A stretch of DNA of 64,000 bases from Dehalococcoidia bacterium (GCA_963667465.2 CAXXDN010000002.1:96001-160000); one strand, 5' to 3'; shown: positions 19,103-29,222, numbered from the stretch's first letter. The notes: a model not told the origin generated them from the sequence alone. Translations and numbers: made by a program.

Positions 19103-20128
19103 TCACCCGGCGAACGCGAGGTCCATCCAGCGGTGTTCGATGCCGGCATCGAGGAACAGCCCGCCTCGAGCGACATAACCGAGGCGCGCGTAGAAGGGCA
19201 GCGCGTGCTCCTGGGCGGCGAGCGTGATGCCGCCGTGGCCGCGCCGTCGCGCTTCCTCGTGCAGCGCCTCCATGACCTGCTCGCCGTAGTGCCGCCCTCG
19301 CAGCTCGGCGAGGACGGCGACGCGGCCGATGTGCGGGTAGCCGTGCGGCGGCTCGCCCGCCTGGTCCAGCAGCAGCCGCGCCGTCGCCACGGGCCGCCCG
19401 TCGAGGCGGCCGAGGACATGCACGACGCGCTCGCTCCTCCCGGGGGAAGCAGGGTCGGCGTCGTAGTCGTCGATCTCCTCGTCCTCCGGGACCTGCTGCT
19501 CCTCGATGAAGACCGCGCGGCGGACCGTGATCGCCTCCGCGAGCTGCTCCGCCGTCTCGATCGTGAGAACGCGGAAGCCGGGGGCGACGAGACGTTCGAA
19601 TTCCTCGGCGGGCTGGAGCAGCAGTTGCACCTCGACGGTGTCGAGCCAGCGGCCGTGCTTGTAGCCGGTCTCGCGCTCGAACCCCACCTCCTCGAAGCCG
19701 AACTCGCGCGCGAGGGCGCGGCTGGCCTCGTTGCCCGCCTCGATCCAGCCGACGAGCGCATGCAGGTTGCGCGCCCGCGCCCGCTCGATCAGCTCAACGA
19801 GCAGGCGCCGTGCGACACCCCGGCGATGGAACGCCGGATCGACGTAGATGCTGCACTCGCGCGTGAAGCGGTACCCGGACTTGCCGCGGTAGGGTGAGAG
19901 GTAGGCGAATCCGGCGACCGAGTGCGGCCCGACGGCGACGATCAGCACCTCGTCGCGGTGCTGCTCGTACCACTCGCGCCGCCGCGCGCTGCTCCAGGGC
20001 CACTCGTCCCAGTTCGCGAGGCCCTCGCTGATCTCGCGGTTGAGGATGCGCTGGATCGCCGGCAGGTCGTCCGCGCGCGCGTCACGGATCAGTACGTCGG
20101 GCGGGCCAGCGTCCGCCGTCTCAGTCAC
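19103..20128 (-). CDS. Tandem GNAT acetyltransferase (Pat/YncA-like + ElaA/YjcF-like)
   Basis: Domain 1 SIYVDP.FHRRGVA..GYKHGRWLD; domain 2 VRRAVFIEEQ..IGRVAV..AQ..FY..LGY..FLDAGIEH. Confidence 0.85.
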   Translation of the reverse strand: MTETADAGPPDVLIRDARADDLPAIQRILNREISEGLANWDEWPWSSARRREWYEQHRDEVLIVAVGPHSVAGFAYLSPYRGKSGYRFTRECSIYVDPAFHRRGVARRLLVELIERARARNLHALVGWIEAGNEASRALAREFGFEEVGFERETGYKHGRWLDTVEVQLLLQPAEEFERLVAPGFRVLTIETAEQLAEAITVRRAVFIEEQQVPEDEEIDDYDADPASPGRSERVVHVLGRLDGRPVATARLLLDQAGEPPHGYPHIGRVAVLAELRGRHYGEQVMEALHEEARRRGHGGITLAAQEHALPFYARLGYVARGGLFLDAGIEHRWMDLAFAG

Positions 20129-20516
20129 CGCTCGCTCCACCGCCGCGGAGGCGATCGAGCAGCGCCTCGAGGTCAACGTCGGGGGCGATCGGGACGACGA
20201 TGCTGCGGCGCGGCGACTCCACGGTCCGCGAGACGTGCCCGTGGCCGGTCAGGTCCTCGGCGAGCATCGCGTCGCCGGCGCCGAGGCGGCGCGTCTCGCC
20301 GCCGGCGATCTCGATCTCGAGCGCGCCACTGGTGGTGATCACGAACTGCCGCCGCGAGGCGTTGTGCCAGCCCGGGTCGTGCTCCTCCGGCGCCTCCCGG
20401 AAGTCGAGCGTATCGACGGGAAACGCCATCGAGAGTCCGCCCGCGATGGGGATCTCGAGGTCCTCGAAGTGGGACTCGCCGTCGTCGCCGCTGTAGAGCC
20501 GGACCACGCGCACCAT
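20121..20516 (-). CDS. Cupin-like protein
   Basis: RLYSGDDGESHFED, WHNASRRQFVI, GDAMLAEDLTGHGH. Confidence 0.8.
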   Translation of the reverse strand: MVRVVRLYSGDDGESHFEDLEIPIAGGLSMAFPVDTLDFREAPEEHDPGWHNASRRQFVITTSGALEIEIAGGETRRLGAGDAMLAEDLTGHGHVSRTVESPRRSIVVPIAPDVDLEALLDRLRGGGASGD

Positions 20517-21550
20517 CAGGCGCTCCATTCCGCGGGCTGGGCCCGCCTCAGCTCGGGGAGCAGTTCGTCGGAGATCAGCCGCATGCTCGCGAGCGAGTCC
20601 TCGGCGGGCAGGCCGGCCCAGTGCGTGCGGATGATCAGCTCGGTCACCCCCAGCTCCTCCCAGAGCGGCCGCAGCTGCTCGTAGCACTCCTCGGGAGACC
20701 CGAGCACGAAGCGATCCGAGAGCAGATCCTCGAACGGGGCGCTGAACTGTTCCTCGCCGGGCATCACCTCGTCCTGGCCCCAGCGCGAGTAGTCGGCGTA
20801 CTTGCCTCCGAGGGCGGGACCGGCCAGCCGCAGGGCCGTCGCGCGGTCCGGCGCGCAGAAGACCTCGCGCATCGCCGGCAGTGCGGCTGGCGCTCCGAGT
20901 CCGGCTGCGGCGCGCTCCTCGCGGTAGAGCGCGAGCTGGCGGCGCACGGTCTCGAGGGTGGCGTGCGGGTTGACGAACCAGGCGTCGCCGAGGCGCGCGG
21001 CCCGTCGGACGGCGGCGTCGCTGTTGGCCGCGATCCAGATCGGCGGGTGCGGCTGCTGCACAGGGCGCAGGTTCATGCGCACGCCGTCCAGCCTCGTGAC
21101 CTCGCTCTCGTGGCTGACAGAGTCCTCGGTCCACAAGCGCTTGACCAGCGCGAGCGTCTCCTCGAAGCGCGCGACGCGCTGGCCTCGAGGCACGCGGAAG
21201 GCGTCGAACTCGACATCGCGATAGCCAAGGCCGATGCCGAAGACGAAGCGGCCGCCGCTGATCACGTCGAGCGTCGCGACGGTCTCGGCAACGTAGACGG
21301 GGTTGTGGAGGTTGAGCAGCAGGATGCCGAGGCCGACCGTCATCTCGCCGGCCTCGGCCTGCAAGCGGGCGAGGAAGGGCACGAGCTGGAGGCCCTGGTT
21401 GTCGCCCTCGTTGAGGTAGTGCTGGCCGCTGAACAGCGAGTCCCAGCCGGCGTCGCGCGCCAGCCGCACCATCGCCGCCTGCTCCTGGAAGGCGGCGACC
21501 ATGTCCGTTTCGAGGTGCTGCTGGCTGGTCAGGAAGAGCCCGACGCGCAT
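20516..21550 (-). CDS. LLM class flavin-dependent oxidoreductase
   Basis: HNPVYVAE..ATLD..SGGRFVFGIGLGYR, RPVQQPHPPIW, RAARLGD. Confidence 0.9.
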   Translation of the reverse strand: MRVGLFLTSQQHLETDMVAAFQEQAAMVRLARDAGWDSLFSGQHYLNEGDNQGLQLVPFLARLQAEAGEMTVGLGILLLNLHNPVYVAETVATLDVISGGRFVFGIGLGYRDVEFDAFRVPRGQRVARFEETLALVKRLWTEDSVSHESEVTRLDGVRMNLRPVQQPHPPIWIAANSDAAVRRAARLGDAWFVNPHATLETVRRQLALYREERAAAGLGAPAALPAMREVFCAPDRATALRLAGPALGGKYADYSRWGQDEVMPGEEQFSAPFEDLLSDRFVLGSPEECYEQLRPLWEELGVTELIIRTHWAGLPAEDSLASMRLISDELLPELRRAQPAEWSA

Positions 21551-21587
21551 CGTGCCTCCAGTCGCGCGGCGATCAGGCGAGGCCGCT

Positions 21588-21989
21588 TCAGCTCATGTAC
21601 ACGTGCTGCACGGCGACGCCCAGCCCCGAGGCCCGCGAGAGCCGCCCGTCGGTGGTCAGCAGGGGCAGCGCGAGGGCGTCGGCGACGGCCACGTAGAAGG
21701 CATCATAGGCGCTGACGTTGTGGCGATGCTGCCAGGCGGAGCGCGCGAACTCAGCGTGCGGGAGGCGCTCGACCGGCCACAGCTCGAGGTCGTCGATCGC
21801 CATCAGCGCGCGCGCCTCGTCGAGGCGCCCGTGCAGGACGGCCTTGCGCAGCACCGATACCACCTCGACATCGATCAGCTCGGGCGCAGCAAGGGGAGCG
21901 CTCGCCATGGTGTCGGCGAGCGCGAGTCCGAGCGGGGTCTTCAGGAGGTACTCGACGGCGACCGAGGCGTCGACGACGTATCCGCTCAC
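21588..21989 (-). CDS. vapC: VapC PIN-domain toxin
   Basis: YVVDASV, EVVS, SAYDAFYVA, LLTTDGRL. Confidence 0.9.
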   Translation of the reverse strand: MSGYVVDASVAVEYLLKTPLGLALADTMASAPLAAPELIDVEVVSVLRKAVLHGRLDEARALMAIDDLELWPVERLPHAEFARSAWQHRHNVSAYDAFYVAVADALALPLLTTDGRLSRASGLGVAVQHVYMS

Positions 21990-22219
21990 CCAAGCTCCGT
22001 CTCGCGTTCGGAGCGCTCTGCGACGAGCAGGTCGGCAGCAGCGATGCCGAGATAGGTCGTCGGGCGCTGCGCCAGGCGGCGGTGCCACTCCGCCCTCGCC
22101 AGCTCGCGCTCGACGGCGTTGAGCACGGCGGCGCTGAGCGTGATCTGCTGTTCGCGCGCGTGGAGGCGCAGACGTTCGTGGAGTGAGTCGGGTACGTTCT
22201 TCACCTGCAGGTTCGCCAT
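21986..22219 (-). CDS. FitA/RHH-type antitoxin
   Basis: MANLQVKNVPDSLHERLR; GTGA overlap with vapC. Confidence 0.88.
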   Translation of the reverse strand: MANLQVKNVPDSLHERLRLHAREQQITLSAAVLNAVERELARAEWHRRLAQRPTTYLGIAAADLLVAERSERETELG

Positions 22220-22230
22220 GTCATGATACT

Positions 22231-22249
22231 AGCATGCGCGAAGCATGCT
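22231..22249. promoter_or_regulatory. Palindromic TA operator
   Basis: AGCATGC-N5-GCATGCT next to a -10-like TAGTAT (minus strand) 6 nt before the ATG. Confidence 0.6.
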
Positions 22250-22265
22250 CACAACACCCCAGCAG

Positions 22266-22853
22266 CTACCCCGCAGGCGCCGGGCCGTAAACCGTGAACC
22301 CGTCCGCCGTGTCCTCGAAGCGCGCGTCCGCGGGGTACGTCAGCACCGTGCGCATCATCATCGCGTCCCCGGCCGAGCCACCCACGCTCAGGATGACGGC
22401 GAGGAAGGCCGCGCCCTCGATGAGGCTGCCCGACGGCGCTACGGCAATCACCGCCAGCAGCACGACGGTCAATCCCACCAGCGGCGCGAGGCCGGCCACG
22501 AGGTAGCCGCTTCTCCTGAGGTACGAACCGGGAGCCGCTGCGTACAGGACCGGGCCGAACCGCGCGGTCCACTTCGCGCCGAACTTCGGCCGCGCGCCGA
22601 GTGCGAGGAAGGCGACGGCGTGTGCTGCCTCGTGCAGGGCGAGCCCGCACACCAGCCCGAGGACCAGGCTCCCGAGGTCGAGGCTGATCGAGGAGACGCC
22701 CGACGCCAGGTAGTTGATCGCGATTGCGACGTTCGCCGTCAGGACCATCGCGACCAGGGAGAGCACGAAGAGCAGCAAGATCACCCGGCGCCGCACCTGG
22801 CCGAGGTCCCAGCGGCCGATCTCCTCGTAGCCCTGCGGCAGGCGCGCCTCCAC
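22266..22853 (-). CDS. DUF3267-like membrane HExxH zincin
   Basis: LHEAAHA, LAPLVGLT, GSAGD, ED..DG. Confidence 0.75.
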   Translation of the reverse strand: MEARLPQGYEEIGRWDLGQVRRRVILLLFVLSLVAMVLTANVAIAINYLASGVSSISLDLGSLVLGLVCGLALHEAAHAVAFLALGARPKFGAKWTARFGPVLYAAAPGSYLRRSGYLVAGLAPLVGLTVVLLAVIAVAPSGSLIEGAAFLAVILSVGGSAGDAMMMRTVLTYPADARFEDTADGFTVYGPAPAG

Positions 22854-22875
22854 CTCGCCGGACCCGCTCGTCCGG

Positions 22876-24261
22876 CTACCCGGCCACCGCCGCGTGCGCG
22901 CCCTCGGCTACCGTCGCCGTCAGGTCGGAGACGCCGGCGACGCTGTCGAGGTCGGCGCAGAGCGCATAGAGGCGGTCCGTGGCCTCGCTGCTGATCACGC
23001 GCGTGCAGCAGTCCTCGAACTTCGTGCGGAAGTCAGCCTCCGGGATCGGCGAGCGCGCGCCGCCCGTGCCGATTGCCTCCTCGACGCGCCAGTCGTGCCT
23101 CGCGCCGTCGCGGGTCGCGATCTCGACGCGCACCGCGAGGCGCTCGTCGGACTCGCGCGGGACGCCCGGCTCGATGCTCACGCCGGGCATCAGCGCCTGC
23201 ACGGCGGCGTCGGTCGCCGCGCTGTCCTCGAAGTGGGTGAGCCGCAGCGCGCCGTCGTGTACGGCGCGGGCGACGCAGTACTGGACCGAGAACTTGCCCT
23301 CGAGGCCGGTCCGCACCTCCGGGCGGTCGATGTGCGGGATGCGGCTCGGGTGGGCGAGCACGCGCACGGAGACGACGTCCTCGGGGGCGATGTTCCTGGC
23401 CGAAACGAGCGCGCGCACGGCGTCGATCGGCGCGTGCGTGCTGCCGCAGCAGGGGTACGGCTTCACGCCGACGCCCGGCTCGACCACGGAGAGCGGATCG
23501 GCCCACTCCCCAAGCACGCGCGAGGCGTCGTACGTTCCCGCGCCGTTGTAGACCTCGAAGAAGCCCATCTCGTGCTCGAAGGCGGCGTCACCGGCGGTGA
23601 AGCCCTCGCGTGCGAGCTGCGCGGCGAAGGCACCGTTGCGCGAGGCGTGCCCGACGTGCAGTGGCTTGGTCATCGTCCCGAAGTTGGCCTTCAGCCCGCT
23701 TGCGAACGAGGCGGCGATCGCGAGCGCGGTTGCCGTCTCCTCCTCGCTCAGCCCGAGGATCTTCGCAGAGGCGGCGGCGGCCCCGAAGACGCCGAGCGTG
23801 GCGGTGGGGTGCCAGCCCTTGTCGTAGTGGTGGAAGTTGACGGCAAGGCCGATCTTGCACTCCGTCTCGAAGCCCGCGACGTAGGCGAGCAGCAGCTCGC
23901 TTCCGCTCGCCCCGTAGGCCTCGCCGAGGGCGAGCAGGGCGGGCACGAGTGGCGCCGAGGGGTGCCCGCCGAGTACGTCGTTCACGTCGTCGAAGTCGAG
24001 CGCGTGCGCCGCGACGCCATTGACGAGCGCGGCGCTGAGCGGCCCGCTGCGGCGGCCGAGGCCGAGCAGCAGGCACGGCCCCTCCTCGCGGTCGGCGCCC
24101 ACGGCGGCCATCGCCAGCCGCGGCGCGGCCTCCTGCGAGCCGGCGATCGCGCAGGCGATCGCGTCGGCGATGCCGAGCTGGGCCCAGCTCACCGCCTCGC
24201 CGTCGAGGTCGGTGCGGTCGAGCGCCGAGATGGCGGCTGCGAGGTCGCGTGCGAGGGTCAT
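22876..24261 (-). CDS. MmgE/PrpD family protein
   Basis: NGVAAHALDFDD, GHPS, GWHPT, KPLH.G, KPYPCC, KFS. Confidence 0.92.
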   Translation of the reverse strand: MTLARDLAAAISALDRTDLDGEAVSWAQLGIADAIACAIAGSQEAAPRLAMAAVGADREEGPCLLLGLGRRSGPLSAALVNGVAAHALDFDDVNDVLGGHPSAPLVPALLALGEAYGASGSELLLAYVAGFETECKIGLAVNFHHYDKGWHPTATLGVFGAAAASAKILGLSEEETATALAIAASFASGLKANFGTMTKPLHVGHASRNGAFAAQLAREGFTAGDAAFEHEMGFFEVYNGAGTYDASRVLGEWADPLSVVEPGVGVKPYPCCGSTHAPIDAVRALVSARNIAPEDVVSVRVLAHPSRIPHIDRPEVRTGLEGKFSVQYCVARAVHDGALRLTHFEDSAATDAAVQALMPGVSIEPGVPRESDERLAVRVEIATRDGARHDWRVEEAIGTGGARSPIPEADFRTKFEDCCTRVISSEATDRLYALCADLDSVAGVSDLTATVAEGAHAAVAG

Positions 24262-24388
24262 GTTTGGGCCTCCGTCCGTGGAGCGCGGCGTGCCCTCGAT
24301 TCTACGGCCTCGGCATCGCCCGGACCCCGCGGCCCCACCGGGCTAGAATCACCGCCGTGCGGACCCGGCAGTCCGCGAGGAGGGCGCA

Positions 24389-25711
24389 GTGACCGAGGCG
24401 CAACCGGCCGAGGCGCAACGGGCGGGGCCGCTGGCGGGCACGCGGGTGCTCGACATCTCGCAGATCATCGCGGCGCCGCTGGCCGGGATGCTGCTCGCCG
24501 ACATGGGCGCCGACGTCGTCAAGGTCGAGTCGCCTCGCGGCGACCGCACGCGCCGCAGCGGCAGCATCGCGCCGGGCACCAGCAAGCGCTTCCAGTGGCT
24601 CAACCGCGGCAAGCGCAGCCTCGTGCTCGACCTCGAGCGGCCCGAGGCGCGCGAGCTGCTCTACGAGCGGCTGCTGCCGCGCTTCGGGGTGGTCATCAAC
24701 AACTTCCGGCTCAACGTCGCGCGCTCGCTCGGCATCGACTACGAGACGATCGCGGCGCACCGGCCGGACGTGATCTACGCGCGCATCACCGGCTTCGGCG
24801 CGAGCGGCCCGCTCGCCGCCGACCCGGCGATCGACCTGATCGTGCAGGCCTACTCCGGGATGATGGCCGACGAGGGCCGCCTCGACGCCGAGGGCACACC
24901 GATCGGCACGCAGTCGATGTGGGTGGCCGACCTGATCGCCGGGGTCGGGACCGCCCTCGGGGTGGTCGGGGCGGTGCACCACCGCGCGCGCACGGGCGAG
25001 GGGCAGCTCGTCGACGCCTCGCTGCTGCGCGGGGCGATGGCCGCGATCGGCAGCTCCGTGATGCGTGAGCCGGTCTCCGACGCCGTCTTCAGCGCGCCCG
25101 CCTTCGAGCGCGTGCGCGGCCTCATCGAGGACGGCGCGGGCTTCGCCGACGTGGCCGACGCCTGGGGCGAGGGCAGCCCGTTGCGCCAGCTCGGCGCCGT
25201 GCGGCGGCTCTACCAGTCCGTCTACATGGCAAAGGACGGCCCACTCGTCCTCGGCGCTACCTCGCCCGGGCACCGCGAGGCGATTCGCGGTGTCCTCGGC
25301 ACCCGCGACGAGGGCGGCGACGACCCCGACTTCGACCCGCTGGATCCGGCGCTGCTGGCGGATGTCGAGGAGCTGCGGAAGGAGCTGGCGGAGCTGATCC
25401 GCGAGCGCCCGGTTGCCGAGTGGGTCGAGACGTTCCGCGCCGCCGGCGCGCCGGTCGCGCCGATGCACTTCTCACCGCAACTCGCCGACGACCCGCAGGC
25501 GGGCCCGCTGTTCGCCGGGATCGAGGACCCGATCACGGGAGAGCAGCAGCAGCTCGCCTCGCTGTTCGAGATGTCCGCCACGCCCGTGCGGGCCGCCGGC
25601 CCCGCGCCGCCCCTCGGCCGCCACGGCGCCGAGGTGCTGCGCGAGGCGGGGCTCAGCGACGCGGAGATCGAGGCGCTGCGGGCATCGGGGGCCGTGGGCG
25701 AGGGCGCGTAG
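24389..25711 (+). CDS. CaiB/BaiF CoA-transferase
   Basis: PLAGTRVLD, LADMGADVVKVE, NRGKRS, RTGEGQ, PPLGRH. Confidence 0.92.
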   Translation: MTEAQPAEAQRAGPLAGTRVLDISQIIAAPLAGMLLADMGADVVKVESPRGDRTRRSGSIAPGTSKRFQWLNRGKRSLVLDLERPEARELLYERLLPRFGVVINNFRLNVARSLGIDYETIAAHRPDVIYARITGFGASGPLAADPAIDLIVQAYSGMMADEGRLDAEGTPIGTQSMWVADLIAGVGTALGVVGAVHHRARTGEGQLVDASLLRGAMAAIGSSVMREPVSDAVFSAPAFERVRGLIEDGAGFADVADAWGEGSPLRQLGAVRRLYQSVYMAKDGPLVLGATSPGHREAIRGVLGTRDEGGDDPDFDPLDPALLADVEELRKELAELIRERPVAEWVETFRAAGAPVAPMHFSPQLADDPQAGPLFAGIEDPITGEQQQLASLFEMSATPVRAAGPAPPLGRHGAEVLREAGLSDAEIEALRASGAVGEGA

Positions 25712-25713
25712 TG

Positions 25714-25745
25714 TAGAATAGACCGGTCAAAACGACTGGTAGGAG
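25714..25745 (+). promoter_or_regulatory. TA promoter -10, operator repeats and RBS
   Basis: TAGAAT, GACCGGTC and GACTGGTA, AGGAG. Confidence 0.5.
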
Positions 25746-25751
25746 AGAACC

Positions 25752-26003
25752 ATGCGCGAGATTCAAGCGACCGAGGCGCGGACACGGTTTGCCGAGATCC
25801 TGCGCGATGTCGAGCACGGCGAGACCGTCGCTATCACGCGCCACGGGAAGACCATCGTTCACATGGTCCCCGCTCAGGATCAGGAGCGGGCTGAGCGCGA
25901 AGAAGCGGTAAACCGATTCCTCGAGTGGCGGGCTAGTCGGGCGCCCACGGGGATGACCCGGGAGGAGATTCTCGCGGCTCGTCATGAGGGGCACCGCATG
26001 TGA
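25752..26003 (+). CDS. Phd/YefM family antitoxin
   Basis: EARTRFAEILRDVEHGETVAITRHGK. Confidence 0.9.
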   Translation: MREIQATEARTRFAEILRDVEHGETVAITRHGKTIVHMVPAQDQERAEREEAVNRFLEWRASRAPTGMTREEILAARHEGHRM

Positions 26004-26407
26004 GCCGTCTCGTTCTCGACGCTTCTGCCGCAGCGTCATGGCTCCTCGAGGATGAGTTCGATCCGGGCGCCGAAGCAGCCATCGCGCAGCTCAGCGAGGA
26101 AGGGGCTGTTGTGCCGCTGCTCTGGCACTACGAGGTGCGAAACACACTGCTGGTCGCCGAGAGACGGGGCCGTCTCGGCGGAAGTGACGCCGTTCAACTT
26201 CTGGACAAACTGACATGGTTGCCCATCGAAACGGATCGAGAGGCCGATCTGCAGGTGGCCCTCAACCTGGCACGGGACCACGGTTTGTCCTTCTACGACG
26301 CGATGTACCTGGAGCTGGGCGTGCGCCGCGGAGCGCCGCTGGCCACGCTTGATGCGGAATTGGCTCGTGCCGCCACTGCTGAGGGCCTGGACGTCTCGCC
26401 GTCGTAG
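26000..26407 (+). CDS. vapC: VapC PIN-domain toxin
   Basis: LVLDASA, WHYEVRN, LSFYDAMYLEL, LATLD. Confidence 0.92.
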   Translation: MSRLVLDASAAASWLLEDEFDPGAEAAIAQLSEEGAVVPLLWHYEVRNTLLVAERRGRLGGSDAVQLLDKLTWLPIETDREADLQVALNLARDHGLSFYDAMYLELGVRRGAPLATLDAELARAATAEGLDVSPS

Positions 26408-26451
26408 CCGCCAGGCTGCCGGTTCTGTGTGGCCGTCGAAGGAGGAGCAGC

Positions 26452-27324
26452 ATGAAGGTCGGACTGCGGGTGCCGATGTTCGGCTGGCGGGCGACGCGGG
26501 AGCACATCGAGGCGCACGCGCGCGCCGCCGAGGCGCACGGCTTCGACTCGCTCTGGGTCTCCGACCACGTCGTGATGCCGCGGCAGCACGACAGCGAGCA
26601 CCGCGCGCCCTTCAAGGTCGATGAGGCGTTCCTCGAGCCGCTTACGACGCTGGCCTTCCTCGCCGCCGTGACCGAGCGCGTCGAGCTTGGCGTCTCCGTG
26701 CTCGTCGTGCCGATGCGCCAGCCGGTGCTGCACGCCAAGATCCTCGCCAGCCTCGACCACCTCGCCGGCGGCCGGGTGATCCTCGGAGCGGGCGTGGGCT
26801 GGGCGCGCGAGGAGTTCGAGGTGCTCTCGATGCCCTGGGACCGGCGCGGGCGGCGCACCGAGGAGATGCTGCAGCTCTACCGCGCCTTCTGGACCGGCGA
26901 GCCGGTCGACTTCGAGGGCGAGTTCCACCAGGTGGACGGCTGGATCTCGCGGCCGGTCCCGCCGCGACGGCTGCCGATCTGGATGGGCGGCAATAGCCCT
27001 CAGCAGTTCCGCCGCGCGGCCCGCTGGGGCGACGGCTGGATCTCCCGAGGCGCGGAGGCGCCGCTGCTGCGCAAGCACATCGGCATGCTCCACGACGCCG
27101 CCGAGGCCGAGGGCCGCGATCCCGCTGAACTGACGGTCGCGATCCACTCGCACGTCGTGATCACCGCCGACGGGATGGAGGCTGCCGCCGAGGGGTTGGC
27201 GGCGTTCCGCGAGATCGGCGTACAGCACGCCTTGACGACCGTCGACTTCCGCGAAACGGACCGCGTTCCCGAGCTGATCGAGCGCTTCGCTCAGGATCAC
27301 CTCGCGGAGTTGCAGCGCGACTAA
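26452..27324 (+). CDS. LLM class F420-dependent oxidoreductase
   Basis: GFDSLWVSDH, LAAVTERVELG, LDHLAGGR, GVGW, RAARWGDGW. Confidence 0.92.
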   Translation: MKVGLRVPMFGWRATREHIEAHARAAEAHGFDSLWVSDHVVMPRQHDSEHRAPFKVDEAFLEPLTTLAFLAAVTERVELGVSVLVVPMRQPVLHAKILASLDHLAGGRVILGAGVGWAREEFEVLSMPWDRRGRRTEEMLQLYRAFWTGEPVDFEGEFHQVDGWISRPVPPRRLPIWMGGNSPQQFRRAARWGDGWISRGAEAPLLRKHIGMLHDAAEAEGRDPAELTVAIHSHVVITADGMEAAAEGLAAFREIGVQHALTTVDFRETDRVPELIERFAQDHLAELQRD

Positions 27325-27353
27325 GCGCGTGCTGTCAAAGGCGAGGGGGCGCG

Positions 27354-28061
27354 ATGGGCATCACGGTCGGCCTCGACGGTTGTCCCGGCGGCTGGATCGC
27401 CGCCGTCGTCGACGACGGACGGTTGGCTGCCATCGAGTACCGCGAGTCGGCGCGCGCCGCCCTCGAGGCGTACCCGGACGCCGAGGCGTTCGCCTTCGAC
27501 ATCCCGATCACCCTCAGCGCGGAAGGCAAGCGCGAGGCCGACAGGGCGGCCCGCGAGTTCCTCGGCGAACGACGGAACAGCGTGTTCTGGTCGCCGCTCC
27601 GCGCGGTCCTCGACGTGGACCGCAGCGCGTTCGCGACGCATCGGGAGGCGTACGCCGAGGCGCGACGGGTGTCCATGCGCGCCAGCGGAGGCGGGCAAGG
27701 CCTCTCCTCCCAGAGCTTCATGCTCGTCCCGAAAATTCGGGAGGTAGACGCCGTCGCCGCTGGGGATGCACGCGTCTACGAGGCGCATCCCGAGGTCTCG
27801 TTCACGGCGCTCGCCGGCGGACGGGCGCTGCCCTCGAAGAAGACCTGGGACGGGCTGATGGAGCGGCGTGCGCTGCTGACGGCGGCTGGCCTCGGGCTGC
27901 CCGACCTCGTCGGCGAGGCGAGCCGCCGCGGGGCGGCGGACGACATCGTGGACGCGGTGGCCTGCGCCTGGACGGCCGCGCGCATCGCCCGCGGCGAAGC
28001 CCGCTCGCTGCCCGATCCGCCTCAGCGCCTCGCGGGCCGCGAGGTGGCGATCTGGTACTGA
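27354..28061 (+). CDS. DUF429 family (RNase H-like) protein
   Basis: VGLDGCPGGW, DIPI, R.AD, YEAHPEVSF, DDIVDA, terminal IWY. Confidence 0.88.
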   Translation: MGITVGLDGCPGGWIAAVVDDGRLAAIEYRESARAALEAYPDAEAFAFDIPITLSAEGKREADRAAREFLGERRNSVFWSPLRAVLDVDRSAFATHREAYAEARRVSMRASGGGQGLSSQSFMLVPKIREVDAVAAGDARVYEAHPEVSFTALAGGRALPSKKTWDGLMERRALLTAAGLGLPDLVGEASRRGAADDIVDAVACAWTAARIARGEARSLPDPPQRLAGREVAIWY

Positions 28062-28073
28062 GCCCCGCACTCC

Positions 28074-29027
28074 TCAGTAGGCGCCCTGCGTCTCGAAGAC
28101 CCGGCGCGGGTTGGTGACGAGCAGCTGCTCGAGGTGGGCCTCGCTGATTCCGGCATCGAGCATGGCGGGCGCGATCACGTCCGGGATGTAGGTCGAGGTC
28201 CAGTTCGGGTTGGCCTGGCGCAGCGCCTGCACCTGCCCCCAGTGGATGCAGCACATGCTGTCGTGCGAGAGCACGATGCGATCCGCGTAGCCGTCCGCGC
28301 AGAGCTCGGCGATCACCTCGATGCGGCCCTGCGAGTCGTGCCAGTCCGGGCTGCCGATCTCGATGCCGAAGTTGTCGATGCCGATCAGGCTGCCGGCGTC
28401 CATCAGCTGGCGGTAGAAGTCCGGCGTCGGCTCGTTGCCCTGGTGCCCGATGATCGTGCGCGAGAGGTCCACTCCCTCCTCGCGGAAGATGCGCTGCTGC
28501 TCCAGGCCGAACGCCTGCGGCATCGCGTGCGTCGTGATCGGCACGCCGCTGCGGCGGTGGGCGCGCGCCCCGGCCCGCAGCACGGCCTCGTTCACCTCGT
28601 CGAGCGTCATGTGTGAGGCGAGCTTGATGATGCCCGCGCGCACCGCGCTATCACCGATGCCCTGCTCGATCTCGCGCACGAAGGCGTCGGCCATGTCGTC
28701 CGGGTCGCGGCCGTGCCAGTAGAGCGGGACGTTCCAGTACATCCCCGTCGCCACGATGATGTTCACATCCGTCGAGGCCTGCACCTGCTCGATCAGCGCG
28801 ATGTCGCGCCCGAGGTTGGCCGGTGTCACATCGACGACGGTCCCGACGCCGCGCTCGTCGAGCTGGGCGAAGCGCGTGGTCGCGGCCTCGAGGCAAGCCG
28901 GGGCATCGTTGAGTTCGGGCCAGTTCGCGAAGACGTCCGTCCCGCCGAGCGAGATGTGCTCGTGCATGAACGTGCGGCCGAGGTCGGAGGTCTCGACCGG
29001 GCCGCGGGCGGTGTTGACGGTGGGCAT
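28074..29027 (-). CDS. Phosphotriesterase-related protein
   Basis: LGRTFMHEH, GRD, ATG, GIIK, ITTH, IGH, LSHD, NPRR. Confidence 0.92.
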   Translation of the reverse strand: MPTVNTARGPVETSDLGRTFMHEHISLGGTDVFANWPELNDAPACLEAATTRFAQLDERGVGTVVDVTPANLGRDIALIEQVQASTDVNIIVATGMYWNVPLYWHGRDPDDMADAFVREIEQGIGDSAVRAGIIKLASHMTLDEVNEAVLRAGARAHRRSGVPITTHAMPQAFGLEQQRIFREEGVDLSRTIIGHQGNEPTPDFYRQLMDAGSLIGIDNFGIEIGSPDWHDSQGRIEVIAELCADGYADRIVLSHDSMCCIHWGQVQALRQANPNWTSTYIPDVIAPAMLDAGISEAHLEQLLVTNPRRVFETQGAY

Positions 29028-29134
29028 CGTGTCGCTCCTCTCGCCTGTCGCGATCGCGATCCTCCCGCAGCATAGCGCCGGCGATCGGCCGTCGGGCCCG
29101 GCCCGGAAGGGAGTGCGGACCTACAATGGAGGGT

Positions 29135-29222
29135 GGAGGGGTGCCCGAGTGGCTTAAGGGAGCGGTCTTGAACACCGTCACAGCGCAAGTTGTCGTGGGT
29201 TCGAATCCCACCCCCTCCGCCA
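29135..29222 (+). tRNA. tRNA-Ser(TGA)
   Basis: GGAGGGG/CCCCTCC acceptor, G73-CCA, anticodon loop CTTGAAC, long variable arm, GGTTCGAATCC; TACAAT -10 upstream. Confidence 0.95.

Noticed and set aside
29135-29222. Selenocysteine or suppressor tRNA
   Set aside because: The anticodon is TGA (reads UCA), with a normal 7-bp acceptor stem and G73, so it is an ordinary tRNA-Ser.
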